Virus record (IMG/VR): IMGVR_UViG_3300023223_000058
Coordinates: 1 to 44,716 of that record
Direction: 5' to 3' (one strand)
DNA from: a virus
Taxonomy: Duplodnaviria > Caudoviricetes
DNA length: 44,716 nucleotides
Of the stretch, positions 42,546 through 44,716 are shown one piece after another. Positions within the stretch are counted from its first letter, which is position 1. Each line of letters begins with the position of its first letter. A model generated the notes under the pieces. The model did not search any database. It saw only the letters and a program-made list of their open reading frames with translations, and was not told the origin of the DNA. Both the position numbers and the translations under genes were made by a program.

Positions 42546-44284
42546 CCAACACCTACCAGAAAGAAGTAACAGAAGATGATCTCAAGAGCGACTTCGTTCT
42601 ATTCCTAGCTTATGTGTGGCAGTTCCTTCAACTCCCACCTCCAACTCCGAAGCAACAAGAGATCGCCAACTGGTTACAGAACGGCGTACCAGAGAAACGG
42701 CAGATACTAGCCGCCTTCAGGGGTGTCGGTAAGAGCTGGATATCCGCTACTTTTGCCGTGTGGTGCCTATGGAAAAACCCTCAACTGAAGATCCTTGTGG
42801 TATCAGCCTCTGGAGGTCGAGCCGCTAGTTTTACTAAGTTCTCCCAACGCTTGTTGATGGAGATACCTATGCTTGGACACCTCGTACCCGATAGAGGCCG
42901 AGACTCTCTACATAGGTGGTCCTCACTAAACTTTGATGTCGCTGAGTCTCGAGTAGCACAATCACCATCCTTGAGGGCTGTGGGTATCAACTCACAGATC
43001 ACAGGGTCTCGGGCTGATATCATCATAGCAGATGACACAGAGTCACCAGAAACAGCATTCTCTGTGGACTCTCGTGAGAAACTACTTAATAAACTAGGTG
43101 AGTTCGAGTCGATCCTACTACCAGAGGGTCGCATCCTTTTCTTAGGGACACCCCATTCAGCAGAGTCTGTATATGCTAAGCTGAGAGACCGTGGGTATAT
43201 CATGAGAATATGGCCTGCTCGAATACCTGACCCTAAGAAGCTCGAAGGATACCAAGGGTGCCTAGCGCCATCCATCGAAGCTCTCGTGGGGAAGGCCTCA
43301 GGTAAAGCCTCAGACACTCGATTCACAGATGCTGACCTTACAGCTCGTGAGGCTCGAATGGGTCGAACGGCTTTCGCTATGCAATTCCTGATTGACCTGA
43401 GTCTCTCTGATGCCGAGAGGTATCCGTTGAAGACCTCAGACCTGATTGTAGTTGATAACATCGATCCTGATGTTGGTCCTACATTGGTCCAATGGTCTCG
43501 CAGGAACCCAGAGAAATCCCTGCCGATCATTGGGTTCTCAGGGGACCGCTGGTACCAAGAAGGCTTCGTGCCCACAGAGAGTCGCTCTGTTAAACCCTAT
43601 GAGGGCCGTGTGTTATTTATTGACCCCTCAGGTCGAGGTGCTGACGAGTGTGTCGGTGTGGTTGTCTATCAGCTACACGGTAAACTCTTTGTAGCAGACT
43701 TCGAGGCCTATAAGGATGGCTACGGGGATCCAACGCTAAGAGGGTTCGCTAGATTAGCAAAGAGACATAAGGTTGGGACTGTGGTCATTGAGGCCTCATT
43801 CGGTGACGGGATGTTTTCCAAACTCCTACAACCGATCTTCCTACAAGAGGGCCACAGGGCTCGCTTCGAGGAGACTAAACCAACACAACAGAAAGAGCTC
43901 AGGATCATTGACACACTTGAGCCAGCCATGAACCAACACAGGATCATAGTTCCGATCTCGCTTATCCAAAAGGATATGAGGGGTGTTGATAACGAGACCG
44001 ACAGGCCCTATTCTCTGTTCTACCAGATGACACACATAACTAAAGACCGTGGGTCCTTAAGACATGATGATAGATTAGATGCTCTTGCGGGCGCTGTGGC
44101 TTACTGGGTCGAGGCTCTGGCTAGAGACGGTGGTATGGCCCACACGGACCACCTGTCGGATCAGGCGGCACAGTCGATAGAGGAGTTCCTGAACATCGTA
44201 GACCATGGGTTCTCAGAGAGACCTAAGGAGGTCACCTGTGGGAACATGGGGTCTGGATACACCTCAGGAGGTTGGTTGGGGTAA
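42542..44284 (+). CDS. gp19: Terminase large subunit
   Basis: AFRGVGKSWI, TGSRADIIIADD.E, LGTP, IDPSGRG.DE, QKE.RIIDTLEP, HDDRLDALA. Confidence 0.98.
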   Translation: MTNTYQKEVTEDDLKSDFVLFLAYVWQFLQLPPPTPKQQEIANWLQNGVPEKRQILAAFRGVGKSWISATFAVWCLWKNPQLKILVVSASGGRAASFTKFSQRLLMEIPMLGHLVPDRGRDSLHRWSSLNFDVAESRVAQSPSLRAVGINSQITGSRADIIIADDTESPETAFSVDSREKLLNKLGEFESILLPEGRILFLGTPHSAESVYAKLRDRGYIMRIWPARIPDPKKLEGYQGCLAPSIEALVGKASGKASDTRFTDADLTAREARMGRTAFAMQFLIDLSLSDAERYPLKTSDLIVVDNIDPDVGPTLVQWSRRNPEKSLPIIGFSGDRWYQEGFVPTESRSVKPYEGRVLFIDPSGRGADECVGVVVYQLHGKLFVADFEAYKDGYGDPTLRGFARLAKRHKVGTVVIEASFGDGMFSKLLQPIFLQEGHRARFEETKPTQQKELRIIDTLEPAMNQHRIIVPISLIQKDMRGVDNETDRPYSLFYQMTHITKDRGSLRHDDRLDALAGAVAYWVEALARDGGMAHTDHLSDQAAQSIEEFLNIVDHGFSERPKEVTCGNMGSGYTSGGWLG

Positions 44285-44301
44285 ACCTAAGTTGTTGCAG
44301 T

Positions 44302-44331
44302 GGAGGCCCTTGTAAAAGGGGGTCTCCTTTT
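44302..44331 (+). terminator. Terminator after terL
   Basis: GGAGGCCCTT...GGGGGTCTCC followed by TTTT. Confidence 0.65.
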
Positions 44332-44360
44332 ATAACCTGTTGCATCCCAAGGACATCCGA

Positions 44361-44382
44361 TCACAGCCTATTACCAAGGGAG
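44361..44382 (+). promoter_or_regulatory. Putative phage promoter near genome end (phiOR-like)
   Basis: TCACAGCCTATTACCAA followed by GGGAG, a T7-like initiation sequence. Confidence 0.7.
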
Positions 44383-44572
44383 GGAAAAAGAGATCCTTAA
44401 GATACTTAAGATCCCCAAGAGAAACTGAGGATAAATTAAAGTAAATTAAAAAACAAGTCCCCTCTTAAGAGACCTAAGTACCTATAGATACATTGGGAAC
44501 CCCCTATCGGGGACACCAATGATCCTATAGAGAGACCAAAGAGAAACCCTGACTTAGCTATCGCTAAGATAT

Positions 44573-44716
44573 TTAATAGATGTAACCCAAGAGAGACCTT
44601 ATGAAGACAGATGTATCCAATGAATCATTAGGTATGCAGATAGGTATAGAGAAGGCAACAGTAGCCTACCTAGAGACAGCACCTGATGGACCCTATAGAG
44701 ATATGGTGTCCCATTT
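44573..44716 (+). repeat. Terminal overlap, right copy (identical to 1-144)
   Basis: Direct sequence identity with positions 1-144. Confidence 0.95.

Noticed and set aside
42781-43575. 264-aa minus-strand ORF and other antisense ORFs
   Set aside because: Shadows of conserved plus-strand genes, with no recognisable motifs.

Overview
Apparently complete (~44.6 kb, ends overlapping by 144 bp) genome of a lytic T7-like podovirus (Autographiviridae-type). All supported genes are on the + strand, in canonical order: early host-takeover genes; single-subunit RNA polymerase; replication genes (SSB, endonuclease I, primase-helicase, family A DNA polymerase, exonuclease); portal, scaffold, capsid, tail tubes and internal virion proteins; tail/receptor-binding genes; terminase. 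No integrase, DNA ligase or classical endolysin was recognised. Unusual features: (1) an 840-nt RNA island between scaffold and capsid with two tRNAs, a degenerate tRNA-like element, an H-type pseudoknot and several hairpins; (2) early genes arranged as cassettes, each led by a duplicated two-hairpin element with compensatory base changes, carrying a minimal kinase-like protein, a tiny acidic protein and an 11x33-bp repeat protein; (3) a candidate phage promoter CACAGCCTAYTA in 5 copies; (4) a modular tail system lacking a recognisable gp17 anchor, where one domain occurs both inside the nozzle protein and in a separate gene and two proteins share an identical N-terminal tag. All calls are from motif recognition by eye; no database searches were run.
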